Assembly (NCBI GenBank): GCA_964534375.1
Contig: CAZHPN010000038.1
Coordinates: 1-38,576, forward strand
Source: an uncultured bacterium
GTDB lineage: Bacteria; Lernaellota; Lernaellaia; Lernaellales; Lernaellaceae
Length of the DNA stretch: 38,576 nucleotides
Reading direction: 5' to 3'
Shown here: piece by piece, positions 25,654 to 35,069 of the stretch
Layout: every line of letters begins with the position of its first letter
Numbering within the stretch: position 1 is the first letter of the stretch
Notes under the pieces: generated by a model
The model's input: the letters and a program-made list of their open reading frames with translations, nothing else
What the model was told of the DNA's origin: nothing
Database searches by the model: none
Made by a program: the position numbers and the translations under genes

Positions 25654-28155
25654 CTAGTTGTTCTTCGCGCACCGGAAGCCGAAATTGTTGAAAGCGTATT
25701 GCGGCGGGTAGCCGAAGCGGTTCGAAACGCGCAGGCCGCGCGGCTCGAAATACCAGCAGCCGCCGCGCAGCGCCCGCGTCGTGCCCGAAAACGGCCCCGG
25801 CGGATTGTTCGCCGTCGACGACGCATAATAGCCCTCGTCGAACCAATCGGCGCACCATTGCCACACGTTGCCTAGCATGTCGTACAGGCCCCAGGAATTG
25901 GGTTGCCTGGCGCCGACCGCATGCGTCGCGCCGCCGGCGTTGCGGGCGTACCACGCGATCGCGTCCAGCTTGCCGTAGCGCGGTCCGGTCGACCCGGCGC
26001 GCGCCGCGTACTCCCACTCGGCCTCGGTGGGCAGGCGTTTGCCGGCCCAGCGGCAATAGTCGCGCGCGGCCGCCCAGTCGACGCAGACCACCGGTTGGTT
26101 CGGACCGTTCCACTCTGGATCTTGCGAGCAACTCGACGGCTTGCAGGCGCCGGTCGCGGCGCATTTGCGATATTGGGCGTTGGTCACCGGGGTTGCGTCC
26201 AGCCAGAAGGCGTCGAGCGTGACGCGATGCGGCGGCTGCTCGGCGTCGAAGCACTCGGCGTCGCCCGGCGAACAACCCATCGTAAAACTCCCGGCTGGGA
26301 TTTTGACCATGGCGGCGAGATCGGCCGGCGCGGCGGCCTGCGCCGCCGCCTCGGGCGAAATCTCCGGCGCGGCTGCGGCGGGCGCAACGTCGCGAACGCA
26401 ACGGAAGCCGACGTCGGCGGCCCCGGTCGCGGAATCCTCGTAGCCGCGGCAGGAAGCGCGCACGGCGCGGGGGCCGCTTTTCCAACTGCCGCCGCGGATT
26501 ACATGCCCGGCGCGGGTGGTCGTCGGGCCTTTGGGGTTTTCCAGCGGCGAGGTGGCGTAATAGTCGATGGCCTTCCGGTCGCTGCAATATTCCCAAACGT
26601 TGCCGCTGATGTCGCACAAGCCGTAGAAGTTGCGGGCCATCGCGCAGACCGGCGACGTGCCGGCGTACTTGTCGTCGTAACCGAGAAAAATGGTGCGGCT
26701 GGGCGTCTCGCGCTTGGCGGTTTCGTCGGCGTAGTTGCCATATCGTGGCGGCGGCATGCCGGAGTCGCCCCACGGAAACACCTTCTTTTCGAGCCCGCCG
26801 CGCAAGGCGTATTCATATTCCGCCTCGGTCGGCAGACGTTTCCCGCGCCACGCGCAATACGCCGCGGAATCGTTCCAATCGACGCCGTTCACCGGGTGGT
26901 CCAGATGTTTGTGATTGCCCCAATTGAAATGCGGCCCGCTCGCCGCGTCGCCGGAGGCCGCCGGTTGCTGGCACGCGCCCGCTTGGACGCATTGTTGATA
27001 TTCGGACACGGTCACCGGATGTTCGTCCATCAGAAAACCGCTGATCGTCGTGCGGTGCGCCGGTTTTTCGTCGCTGCTGCATTGCAGATCGCCCGGCGCG
27101 CAACCCATGGTGAACGCGCCGCCGGGGATCCTGATCATGCCGGCCGCGCTGCCGGCGGCGGCGGTCGATGCAGCGGGCGCCGGCGGCGCCGCCGGGCGGG
27201 CCGCGGCCGGCGCGCGCGGCAGCGATTGGTCCGCCGGGGCCGGCGCCCGGGCCGACTCGACTGGCGCTTCGTCGCGCGCGCAACGGAAGCCGACGCCGTC
27301 GCCGACAAGGTCGGGCTGGCTGGCCGACCGCGCCGACGCGCGCAGGTATTTGGCGTCGTCGAACCAACAACCGCCCCGCGTCACGCGGTTCAGGCCCGAG
27401 CCGGGGCCGGTCGGGTTGTTTTTGGGCGAGGACTCGTAGTAGGTGTCGTCGAACCAATCGGCGCACCACTGGAAGACATTGCCGAACATATCGTAGAGGC
27501 CCCAGGCGTTGGGTTGTTTTTCGCCGGCGGGATGCGGCCGGCCGCCGGAATTGAGCGCGCACCAGGCGATCGCTTCGAGTTCGCCGTAGCGCGGCCCGGG
27601 CGAGCCGGCGCGCGCGGCGTATTCCCATTCCGCCTCGGTCGGCAGGCGTTTCCCCAATTTGGCGCAGTACGTTTGGGCGTCTTTCCAGGGGACGGGCGCC
27701 GCGGGGCAGGTGGGGCAATCCCGCGCCGCGGCGAAGTCGGTCTTGGTTTCCATGACGCGCTCGTATTCGGCGATCGTCACCGGCCGCGCATCCAGATAAA
27801 ATCCGCGCAGGACCACGCGATGCGCAGGCTTTTCGTTTTGGCGACATTCCGTGTCGCCCGCGGTGCAGCCCATGACGAATGTCCCGGGCGGAATTCGCGC
27901 CATGCCGGCCGGACCCGGCGCGCTGCCGGGTGGCGAGTCGGCGGCGGCCGGACCGCGGCCGAAGAAGTACGCCGCGCCGAGCAAAACTACGCCAACGCCC
28001 GCGAAACGCAGGATTTTCAGCAAGCCGTCCCGAACCACACGCACGCTCTCTGCCGCGCGTTGCGCGGCGCACCCGGCCGCCGCAAACATACGAAACATCC
28101 CGCCGGCGACCGTTGTCGTGCGACGATCATTGCCCGCGCGGGCGGCCCGCGTCAA
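25654..28155 (-). CDS. Protein with three FGE/SUMF1-like (C-type lectin fold) domains; start uncertain
   Basis: Three copies each of F.MGC..GD..C, RLPTEAE(W/Y)EYA.R, GNVW(Q/E)-like, RGG(C/S)W and GFRC; N-terminal hydrophobic segment; Ala/Pro linkers. Confidence 0.9.
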   Translation of the reverse strand: MTRAARAGNDRRTTTVAGGMFRMFAAAGCAAQRAAESVRVVRDGLLKILRFAGVGVVLLGAAYFFGRGPAAADSPPGSAPGPAGMARIPPGTFVMGCTAGDTECRQNEKPAHRVVLRGFYLDARPVTIAEYERVMETKTDFAAARDCPTCPAAPVPWKDAQTYCAKLGKRLPTEAEWEYAARAGSPGPRYGELEAIAWCALNSGGRPHPAGEKQPNAWGLYDMFGNVFQWCADWFDDTYYESSPKNNPTGPGSGLNRVTRGGCWFDDAKYLRASARSASQPDLVGDGVGFRCARDEAPVESARAPAPADQSLPRAPAAARPAAPPAPAASTAAAGSAAGMIRIPGGAFTMGCAPGDLQCSSDEKPAHRTTISGFLMDEHPVTVSEYQQCVQAGACQQPAASGDAASGPHFNWGNHKHLDHPVNGVDWNDSAAYCAWRGKRLPTEAEYEYALRGGLEKKVFPWGDSGMPPPRYGNYADETAKRETPSRTIFLGYDDKYAGTSPVCAMARNFYGLCDISGNVWEYCSDRKAIDYYATSPLENPKGPTTTRAGHVIRGGSWKSGPRAVRASCRGYEDSATGAADVGFRCVRDVAPAAAAPEISPEAAAQAAAPADLAAMVKIPAGSFTMGCSPGDAECFDAEQPPHRVTLDAFWLDATPVTNAQYRKCAATGACKPSSCSQDPEWNGPNQPVVCVDWAAARDYCRWAGKRLPTEAEWEYAARAGSTGPRYGKLDAIAWYARNAGGATHAVGARQPNSWGLYDMLGNVWQWCADWFDEGYYASSTANNPPGPFSGTTRALRGGCWYFEPRGLRVSNRFGYPPQYAFNNFGFRCAKNN

Positions 28156-28240
28156 GGATCGTCTGCCTTTATGCGCGTTGACGGTTCCGCCGCCGTACGG
28201 TCAAATAACGGTCAAACTTCGACGCGGAAGGAGCCCTGGA

Positions 28241-28651
28241 GTGAAACGAGTCATCGGCATCGGCGGCATTTTTTTCAAGTCGCAAGATCCGCAAAAACTG
28301 GCGGAATGGCATCGCCGGCATCTGGGCTTGGAATTGATCGACGGCGCGATCGCCAGTTTTCCGTGGCGCAGCGCGGACGAACCAGAGTCCGAAAACCGCA
28401 CGATGTGGGCGCCGTTTCCCAAGAACACGCGCTATTTCGCGCCCAGCCGCGCGCCGTTCATGATCAATTTCATCGTCGCCGATCTGGATCGCCTGCTGCG
28501 GCAATTGCGCCGCGAAGGCGTCGAGGTCGACGAACGCATCGAGGATTCGGAATTCGGCCGCTTCGGCTGGATCATGGACCCCGAAGGCCACCGCATCGAA
28601 TTGTGGGAGCCGCCGCGCGCCAAGCGCGCTAAAAAGCGCAAAGGAAAATAA
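28241..28651 (+). CDS. VOC/glyoxalase family protein
   Basis: KRVIGIGGIFFK, FMINFIVADLD, FGRFGWIMDPEGHRIELWEP; GTG start with RBS. Confidence 0.92.
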   Translation: MKRVIGIGGIFFKSQDPQKLAEWHRRHLGLELIDGAIASFPWRSADEPESENRTMWAPFPKNTRYFAPSRAPFMINFIVADLDRLLRQLRREGVEVDERIEDSEFGRFGWIMDPEGHRIELWEPPRAKRAKKRKGK

Positions 28652-28682
28652 GGACGGACGCAAATTGTCCCCGCGACTGCTC

Positions 28683-28781
28683 TGATCCCGTTGATCCTGT
28701 TGATCCTGTCAAAAAAAAGACCTTGCCGCCGCTGGCGGCAACTATAGCGTTTTTGACGGATCAACAGAATCAACGCGATCA
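28683..28781. repeat. ~100-nt inverted 9-mer microsatellite hairpin between convergent genes
   Basis: The (TTGATCCTG)n-TCAAAAA arm pairs with the TTTTTGAC-(GGATCAACA)-like arm; inner stem TTGCCGCC/GGCGGCAA. Confidence 0.8.
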
Positions 28782-28807
28782 ATTGGGGATAATAACTGCA
28801 GTTGCGC

Positions 28808-31333
28808 TTACGGAATCGCCTCTTGGAAAATAGGATAAAGATTCAGCACCACGATCGCGCTCTTGGCCGTCGCGTCGAAGCCTTGCGGCAAATTCAGCTT
28901 CACGCCGGTCAAATGGCCCGCCGCGTCGGCGAGGCGCTGCAAACTGGAGCCGTAGTTCATGGTGACGGCCTCGCCGGTCGTCTCATCGATGACGAGAATC
29001 ACCGGCAGTTGCTGCGCTGCGGTCAGCTTGTTCGGCGCAAAGTCGGCCTCGAGCCAGCCACCGCCGTAGGCGCCGCCGGTCGCCTCGTACGTGAGCCCGG
29101 TCACAACGATCCCGGCCGGTTTTTGGCCCTCGGGGCCGACCTGCGGCGCCAGCATCGCCGTGCCGTTGACCGTCATGATGCCGGATGTCGGGTTGCACAA
29201 GCCCAGCAGTTCCAGCGCGAAGCCGAAGAATTGAATGTCCGCGCAGGTCACTTCGGCGTAGATATTCAGCGACTCGTACGTCAGATTCGGCGGAATCTCG
29301 CCGGCGACGCGGAACAGATCGAGCGCGATCGACACGCCCGAAACGTCGACGTTCAACCCGGCGCCGGCGACGGCGAAGTACGAGTCGATCGACTGCCCAT
29401 TCATGGGGAAAATCGTCTGGGTGTCATAATTGATCGTCGGCGCCAGACCGGGCGTGCCCTCGACGGCGAGCAGGATGAAGCGGTTGTGCGCCGGATCGAC
29501 CGCCACCGCGCTCATCAGGTAGTTGTAGCTGTCGAAGCCGATCTGATTGAAGGTCGCCAGCATCGGCGGCTGCGGCGCCGCCATGCGGTGAAACAGCAGC
29601 ACCGTCGCTTGCGTGTCCGTCACCGCCAGCGGCAGCGGCTGGCCGGTCGGCGCCGACGTCTGGAACGGGAACGAGCCGGCGAAGGTCCCGTCGATCGTGC
29701 CGCCGCTGACGCGGTCGCCCAGGCGCGCGCCCCCGACGAGGTAATCGCCAGCGAGGGCGATCGAATAATTCGTGTTCAACGCGAGCGGTTCCTGGGGGAT
29801 CACGCTCAGGAAATTGCCGTCCGCCGAGACCTGCACCTGGTTGGCGAACGCGGGCGTGGTCGTCACTTTCAGGTCGGGCGGGTTGATGCGGGCGCGGACC
29901 GTCACGCCGTTCTTGCGCACCACCAGCCGGAACGTAAACACTTCCGCCGGCGTGGGCCGCGTCGCGATCGACGGCACGGTGGCGCCGCCGGAGGTGAAGA
30001 AATACAGGAGCGCGCCGTTGGGCGGGATGTCCTCGCCCGGCGAGGTGTCGCAACGCGGATCGCCGCTCGATTCGCAATAACCGAAGGGCACGAAATAAAC
30101 GTCGCCGGACTGGCCGCCGATGTAGAGGCCCTGCTTGCCGATCACCGGCGAGCCATTGAGGTTGTTGCGGTCGCTCGTCGTCGTATCGAACGACCACAAC
30201 CGCGTCCCGTCGTCGCGCAGGCAATACAGCCGGCCGTCGCCGCAGCCGAAATACAGGTTGCCGTCGGCGTCGATCGAGGCCGACGAGCGGATCGGGTCGA
30301 GCGTGTCGTAGCGCCATTTCAGCGAGCCGTCGGGATTCAGCGCATACATCGTGCCGTCGGCCGAACCGACGTAAATCGTGCCGTCGGCCGCGAGCGCCGG
30401 CGTGGCGTAGATGTGGTCATTCGCGGCGAACGTCCACAGCTCTTTGCCGTCGTCGACGTCATAGGCGTGCACGTAGCCGTCGAACGAGCCGACCACGATC
30501 GTCGAACCGTCGGCGTAGATCATCGGCGACGACGCCACCGGCCCGAGCGTCAAGGCGCTCCAGCGCCGTACGCCCGCGGGCGTCGCCGACCGCACGATGA
30601 AATCGTTGGCGCCGAAATAGAGATTCCCGTCCGTGGCGACCGCCGCCGCCGACCAGACCTGATCGAGCGTGGTGTAGGTCCAGTCGATGTCGCCCGCCTG
30701 CGACACCGCGTACAGATGCCGGTCGTCGTTGCCCGCGTACAGCGTGCCGTCGTGGCCCATCGCAATGTGGCCTTCCCACCATTTGATGAAGCCGAGGTTG
30801 CCGAGCGCGGACAGCTTCCATTTCATCGCGCCGTTCGCATCGAGCGCGTACAGATAGCCGTCGCCGGCGGGGACGAAGATCGTGCCGTCCGCCGCGAGGA
30901 TCGCCGTCGAATCGATGATGTCGCCCGTGGCGAATTTCCATTTCAGCGTGCCGTCGGGGTTGATCGCATAGAAGTACGTGTCGGCCGAACCGATGTAAAT
31001 CGTGCCGTCTTCGTCGATGACGCCTTCGAGAAACAGGCCCTTCTGGGTCTGAAAAGCCCACGGCTGCAAATCGTTCGCCGTCGGCGCGATCGGGCTTACG
31101 CCCGTGTGATGACTCGTTCGCCGGAAGGCGGGCCAGGGCGAGGTGCTCTTGACCGGGACATCGTAATCGTACGTTTCGGGCGTCGGCGAAATTTCGTCAT
31201 CGTCGGCGGGCGAGGCGTCGTCGTCGGCGCCAGTGGAATTTTTGTTGTGATTCGTGGCGGCGCAACCCGCGAGCAGGACCCACGCGAGAAAGACTGCGGC
31301 CAACATCAGCGCGGTGGCGAATCGTTTTCTCAT
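28808..31333 (-). CDS. Lipoprotein with PQQ-like beta-propeller repeats and an unknown C-terminal region
   Basis: Lipobox LAGC; about 8 repeats of DGTIY.GS.D..LYA.N.DG..KW. Confidence 0.88.
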   Translation of the reverse strand: MRKRFATALMLAAVFLAWVLLAGCAATNHNKNSTGADDDASPADDDEISPTPETYDYDVPVKSTSPWPAFRRTSHHTGVSPIAPTANDLQPWAFQTQKGLFLEGVIDEDGTIYIGSADTYFYAINPDGTLKWKFATGDIIDSTAILAADGTIFVPAGDGYLYALDANGAMKWKLSALGNLGFIKWWEGHIAMGHDGTLYAGNDDRHLYAVSQAGDIDWTYTTLDQVWSAAAVATDGNLYFGANDFIVRSATPAGVRRWSALTLGPVASSPMIYADGSTIVVGSFDGYVHAYDVDDGKELWTFAANDHIYATPALAADGTIYVGSADGTMYALNPDGSLKWRYDTLDPIRSSASIDADGNLYFGCGDGRLYCLRDDGTRLWSFDTTTSDRNNLNGSPVIGKQGLYIGGQSGDVYFVPFGYCESSGDPRCDTSPGEDIPPNGALLYFFTSGGATVPSIATRPTPAEVFTFRLVVRKNGVTVRARINPPDLKVTTTPAFANQVQVSADGNFLSVIPQEPLALNTNYSIALAGDYLVGGARLGDRVSGGTIDGTFAGSFPFQTSAPTGQPLPLAVTDTQATVLLFHRMAAPQPPMLATFNQIGFDSYNYLMSAVAVDPAHNRFILLAVEGTPGLAPTINYDTQTIFPMNGQSIDSYFAVAGAGLNVDVSGVSIALDLFRVAGEIPPNLTYESLNIYAEVTCADIQFFGFALELLGLCNPTSGIMTVNGTAMLAPQVGPEGQKPAGIVVTGLTYEATGGAYGGGWLEADFAPNKLTAAQQLPVILVIDETTGEAVTMNYGSSLQRLADAAGHLTGVKLNLPQGFDATAKSAIVVLNLYPIFQEAIP

Positions 31334-31683
31334 CGTTGTTCCCTCGGTAGAGCGTTGATCTGCCAGGCGCACAGATCATCCATATTGTTTATTACCAAGC
31401 GCAACCGGCGCGGTAAAGCCGGCGGAGGCACTATTTGAGCGTCGCTCAAAAACGTTGTAAATTGGAGCATCCAGAGTCGTCGGGTTGCGGAGGGGGCAAA
31501 AAGTTCCGTTCCGGCACTCGGAAAAGACCTTTTTTCGTTGACGCGAAAAGGGTTTTCCCGCTACATTCAACAGTCGGAATTCTGTCAGCGGCGAGGCCAA
31601 ACGGAAAATTAGTTCGGTGTGAAACAGAGTTTGTCTGACCCGTGCGTCCGATTCCAACCCGAACCGCGGAGGGATCTTCAGCC

Positions 31684-32547
31684 GTGAAAAATCCGAATCA
31701 TCGTAACGCGCGGCGGCGAACGCCAGAAATTTGGCGCTGGAGCTTGGTCCTCGCCGCGTGTTTGTTGTTCTGGGCCGGCGCCTGCACGAGCAAAAGCAAG
31801 TCCAACGCCGGGCCGGGCGGCGGCGCGGCGACGCTCGACGACTGCGGCTTTCCGATCGTGGCGCCGCCGGCCGGGTGCGACCAGTGCCACGGCTTCCCGC
31901 CGAACGGCGTGCAGCATCCGCCGAACAAGCACTGTTCCCATTGCCACGGCCGCGTGATCGACGCCAACTACAATTTTCTTCAGCCGAACTTGCACCAGAC
32001 CGGCCAGGTGATCTACGACGTGGGTTGCACCTCGTGCCACGGCTGGGACAACGGCGCGTCGCCGCCGCAGAATCTGTACGGCCAATGCGGCGTCAACCAA
32101 CCGGGCGTCGGTTCGCACGCCTCGATGCGCAACCCGACGCTGCCGGTGCACCGCGTCGCCTGCACGAATTGCCATGACGTGCCGTTGGACGTTTGGTATC
32201 CGGGGCACATCACGGGCCAGAACAAGGCCACGGTGCACTTCAAGAACATGGCCACGCTGAAAGGCGCGCAGCCGGTGTGGGACGGCAAGAAATGCTCGGG
32301 CACGTATTGCCACGGCGCGACGCTCAAGGGCGGCTTTTTCAAAGAGCCGGTGTGGGGCGACCAAAGCGGTCGGGCGTCGCAGTGCGGCGCCTGCCACGCG
32401 TTGACCGACCCGAACGGCAACACCAACGCGGATTGCCATGCCTGCCACCCGACGACGGTCGATGCGAACCAAAACATCCTGCCCAACGGCACGCACATGA
32501 ACGGCTTCATCGATATCGGCGGCGCGGCCCCAGGAGGCACGAAATGA
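31684..32547 (+). CDS. Multiheme c-type cytochrome lipoprotein (CxxCH plus CxxxxCH)
   Basis: CDQCH, CSHCH, CTSCH, CTNCH, CSGTYCH, CGACH, CHACH; lipobox-like AGAC; GTG start after GGAGGG. Confidence 0.88.
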   Translation: MKNPNHRNARRRTPEIWRWSLVLAACLLFWAGACTSKSKSNAGPGGGAATLDDCGFPIVAPPAGCDQCHGFPPNGVQHPPNKHCSHCHGRVIDANYNFLQPNLHQTGQVIYDVGCTSCHGWDNGASPPQNLYGQCGVNQPGVGSHASMRNPTLPVHRVACTNCHDVPLDVWYPGHITGQNKATVHFKNMATLKGAQPVWDGKKCSGTYCHGATLKGGFFKEPVWGDQSGRASQCGACHALTDPNGNTNADCHACHPTTVDANQNILPNGTHMNGFIDIGGAAPGGTK

Positions 32548-33155
32548 ATCGGCGCGATTTTCTCAAGACTTCGTCGGCGACGCTCTTTTCCGCCCTCGTC
32601 GTGGGCGCGGCGGGCATGCCCCGCCTGGCGACGATGGATGAAAACCCGCTCTGGATGAAACGCGATCCGCTTACCGCCGCCGATCCGGCCCCGCTGCCGG
32701 AAATCACGGCGATCGTCAACATCATGGTGCCGGCCGATCCGCTGATTCCCGGCGATTTCAAAGGCTCGGACTATTACGGCGACTGGGTGCTCGCGGCGAC
32801 GCTCGGCGAGGCGGGCCAAATCATGACGGTCCTGATCCTCAACAACTACGCGCAAAAGTTGCACGGCAAGACGTTCATCAACTGCACCGCCGACGAGCAA
32901 ATGGACGCGCTCAAGCAGTGGGTGCAGGAGCGCGAGACGTATCCGGACGAGATCAATCAGATGCTGACCGGCGTGCTGACCATTTCGGTGGTCGGCACCT
33001 ACGAAGTGGAAGATCCGGTTCTGAACCGCGAGGTTTTCACCTTGATGGGCTGGTTCGATCCGAACGATCCGGACGGCACGATGCGCAATCCCTGTTCGGG
33101 CTACGTCGACGCCAATATTTATCCGGTCCGCCTGAAGAAAGGATTCACGTCATGA
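32544..33155 (+). CDS. Tat-signal small subunit (gluconate 2-dehydrogenase subunit 3-like)
   Basis: MNRRDFLK; positioned directly before the GMC flavoprotein; ATGA overlaps at both ends. Confidence 0.75.
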   Translation: MNRRDFLKTSSATLFSALVVGAAGMPRLATMDENPLWMKRDPLTAADPAPLPEITAIVNIMVPADPLIPGDFKGSDYYGDWVLAATLGEAGQIMTVLILNNYAQKLHGKTFINCTADEQMDALKQWVQERETYPDEINQMLTGVLTISVVGTYEVEDPVLNREVFTLMGWFDPNDPDGTMRNPCSGYVDANIYPVRLKKGFTS

Positions 33156-34684
33156 TCGAACATGCCGATTTCGTCATCGTCGGCGCGGGCGCCGGCGGCG
33201 GAACCCTGGGCGCCGAACTGGCCGAGGCCGGCGCGAAGGTCGTTTTCCTCGAAGCGGGCAACGATCTGGACATCACCTACGGCTCGCCGACGCATTTCGC
33301 GAACCGGCAAAAGTTCATGGACACGGTCAACGACGGCTTGTTCTGGCACGACGAATACACCGGCCGGAACTGGACCACCGACATGGGCGAATGCGTCGGC
33401 GGCGGCACCACGACCTACGGCGGCGTGCTCGAGGAATCCAACCCGCGCGATTTCGACCAGGGGTATTGGCCCTTCACCTGGGACAGCTTTCAGCCGTACA
33501 TCTCGCTGGCGAAAAAACGCTATCACGTGTCGCGCTGGCCGATCGAGAAACTGAGCCACTACGCGCAACTCGTCAACGACGCGGCCGGCGGCATCCTCGG
33601 CCCGATCCAATCGGCGTTCAATCAAGTCCCTTATACCGAGTACGGCATCTATCACGACCGCTGCCGGCAGTGCAAATGCTGCATCCTGGGCTGCCGCTAC
33701 AACGCCAAGGCGAATGCGCTGACCATCGCGATGCCGAAGGCCAAGTGGTTCGGCGCCAAGGTTTACGACAATTGCTGGGTGACGCGCCTGAACACCAACG
33801 CGACGGGCACTAAAATCCTGAGCATCAGCTACCTGAAGCGCACGGCCACCGGGGTCGACACCGAGAACGATCAGGAGCACACGATCACCGCCGACCATTA
33901 CATCCTCTCGAGCGGCTCGATGATCACGCCGATGCTGCTGCACTGGTCGGGCAAGAACGGCGAGTGTCTGGCGAACTCGAGCGGGCAGGTCGGCCACAAC
34001 TTGCGCGGCCACTTTTTCCGCGCGACGTACGCCGTGCTCGCGCGCACCGACGTCCGCACGTACCAGGGGCAGGTCGTCGAACTCAACGACCTCTACCAGA
34101 ATTACGACAAGGGCTACTTGTTGGAATTCAACATGGCCGCGCCGCCGACGTACATGGGCGGCATGGTCGAGGTCATGGAGAAACCCGATCTGCTGCATTT
34201 CATGGGCTTGCCGTTCAAGCGCTTCATGCGCAACTATCCGCGGGTCATTTGTTCCGCGCCGCTGGTCCGCAGCTTCGACCAGGGCTTCACCAACAACTCC
34301 GTGCTGCCCAACCCGACCCGAAAAAATCGCTATGGCGATCCGCTGCCGACCGTGACCTTCGAGCCGAATTTCCAGGAACAGGAATGGCTCGATGCGGCCG
34401 TCGCCGCCGCCAAGCAGATTCAAATCACGGCCGGCGCCGACACCACGCAGATGTTCAGCGGCGGGATCGACGTCGTCCACAAAACCGGCACCTGCCGCAT
34501 GGGAACGGACCCAAAAACCTCGGTCGTCGACCCGAACGGCCGGGTCTGGGACATGGACAACCTCACGATCACCGATGGCAGCATCTTCCCGGCGCCGCTG
34601 TTGGCGAACTGCGCGTTTATCATTTACTGCCTGGCGTACAAAGTCGCCGACAGCCTGCTCGGCCGGAAGACGCCGACGGCGTAA
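33152..34684 (+). CDS. GMC family FAD oxidoreductase
   Basis: IVGAGAGG, VGGGTT, CRQCKCCILGC, VGHNL, HKTGTCRMG, SVVD, DGSIFP. Confidence 0.92.
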   Translation: MIEHADFVIVGAGAGGGTLGAELAEAGAKVVFLEAGNDLDITYGSPTHFANRQKFMDTVNDGLFWHDEYTGRNWTTDMGECVGGGTTTYGGVLEESNPRDFDQGYWPFTWDSFQPYISLAKKRYHVSRWPIEKLSHYAQLVNDAAGGILGPIQSAFNQVPYTEYGIYHDRCRQCKCCILGCRYNAKANALTIAMPKAKWFGAKVYDNCWVTRLNTNATGTKILSISYLKRTATGVDTENDQEHTITADHYILSSGSMITPMLLHWSGKNGECLANSSGQVGHNLRGHFFRATYAVLARTDVRTYQGQVVELNDLYQNYDKGYLLEFNMAAPPTYMGGMVEVMEKPDLLHFMGLPFKRFMRNYPRVICSAPLVRSFDQGFTNNSVLPNPTRKNRYGDPLPTVTFEPNFQEQEWLDAAVAAAKQIQITAGADTTQMFSGGIDVVHKTGTCRMGTDPKTSVVDPNGRVWDMDNLTITDGSIFPAPLLANCAFIIYCLAYKVADSLLGRKTPTA

Positions 34685-34813
34685 CGGCAAACGCGCGGCC
34701 CGGCCCGCGGCCGGTTTTTCCGCTTGCGTTCGCCGGAAAACTTTTTTAGAATCCGGCCCCCTGGGACTGCCCCGGGCGAACGTCGATCTGTGAATCATTG
34801 AAAATCCCTTTAT

Positions 34814-34886
34814 GGGCCGTTAGCTCAGCTGGAAGAGCGCTGCCTTCGCAAGGCAGAGGTCGGCAGTTCGAATCTGCTACGGTCCA
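34814..34886 (+). tRNA. tRNA-Ala(CGC)
   Basis: Cloverleaf; G3:U70 pair; anticodon loop TTCGCAA; GTTCGAAT T-loop; CCA not encoded. Confidence 0.95.
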
Positions 34887-34895
34887 TTTTCTTTT

Positions 34896-34968
34896 GCCCC
34901 CGTAGCTCAGTGGATTAGAGCATCGGACTCCGGATCCGTGTGCGCAGGTTCGATTCCTGCCGGGGGCG
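34896..34968 (+). tRNA. tRNA-Arg(CCG)
   Basis: Acceptor stem GCCCCCG/CGGGGGC; anticodon loop CTCCGGA; GGTTCGATTCC. Confidence 0.93.
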
Positions 34969-34977
34969 CACGCCGAC

Positions 34978-35003
34978 GCCGCTGACCCCAGCGGCTTTTT
35001 CTT
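34978..35003 (+). terminator. Terminator after the tRNAs
   Basis: GCCGCTG-ACCC-CAGCGGC followed by a T run. Confidence 0.75.
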
Positions 35004-35015
35004 ACGCCGCCAAGT

Positions 35016-35047
35016 AAAAAGCCCGTCCCCGTTTCCAGGGCGGGCTC
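35016..35047 (-). terminator. Terminator after the C25 peptidase
   Basis: AGCCCG...CGGGCT stem with TTTTT on the minus strand. Confidence 0.6.
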
Positions 35048-35069
35048 CGTCTGCCCCGCGGCCGGCGAC

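Noticed and set aside
31538..31567. Sigma70 promoter TTGACG-N18-TACATT for the cytochrome operon
   Set aside because: Plausible, but the match is too weak to list without start-site data.
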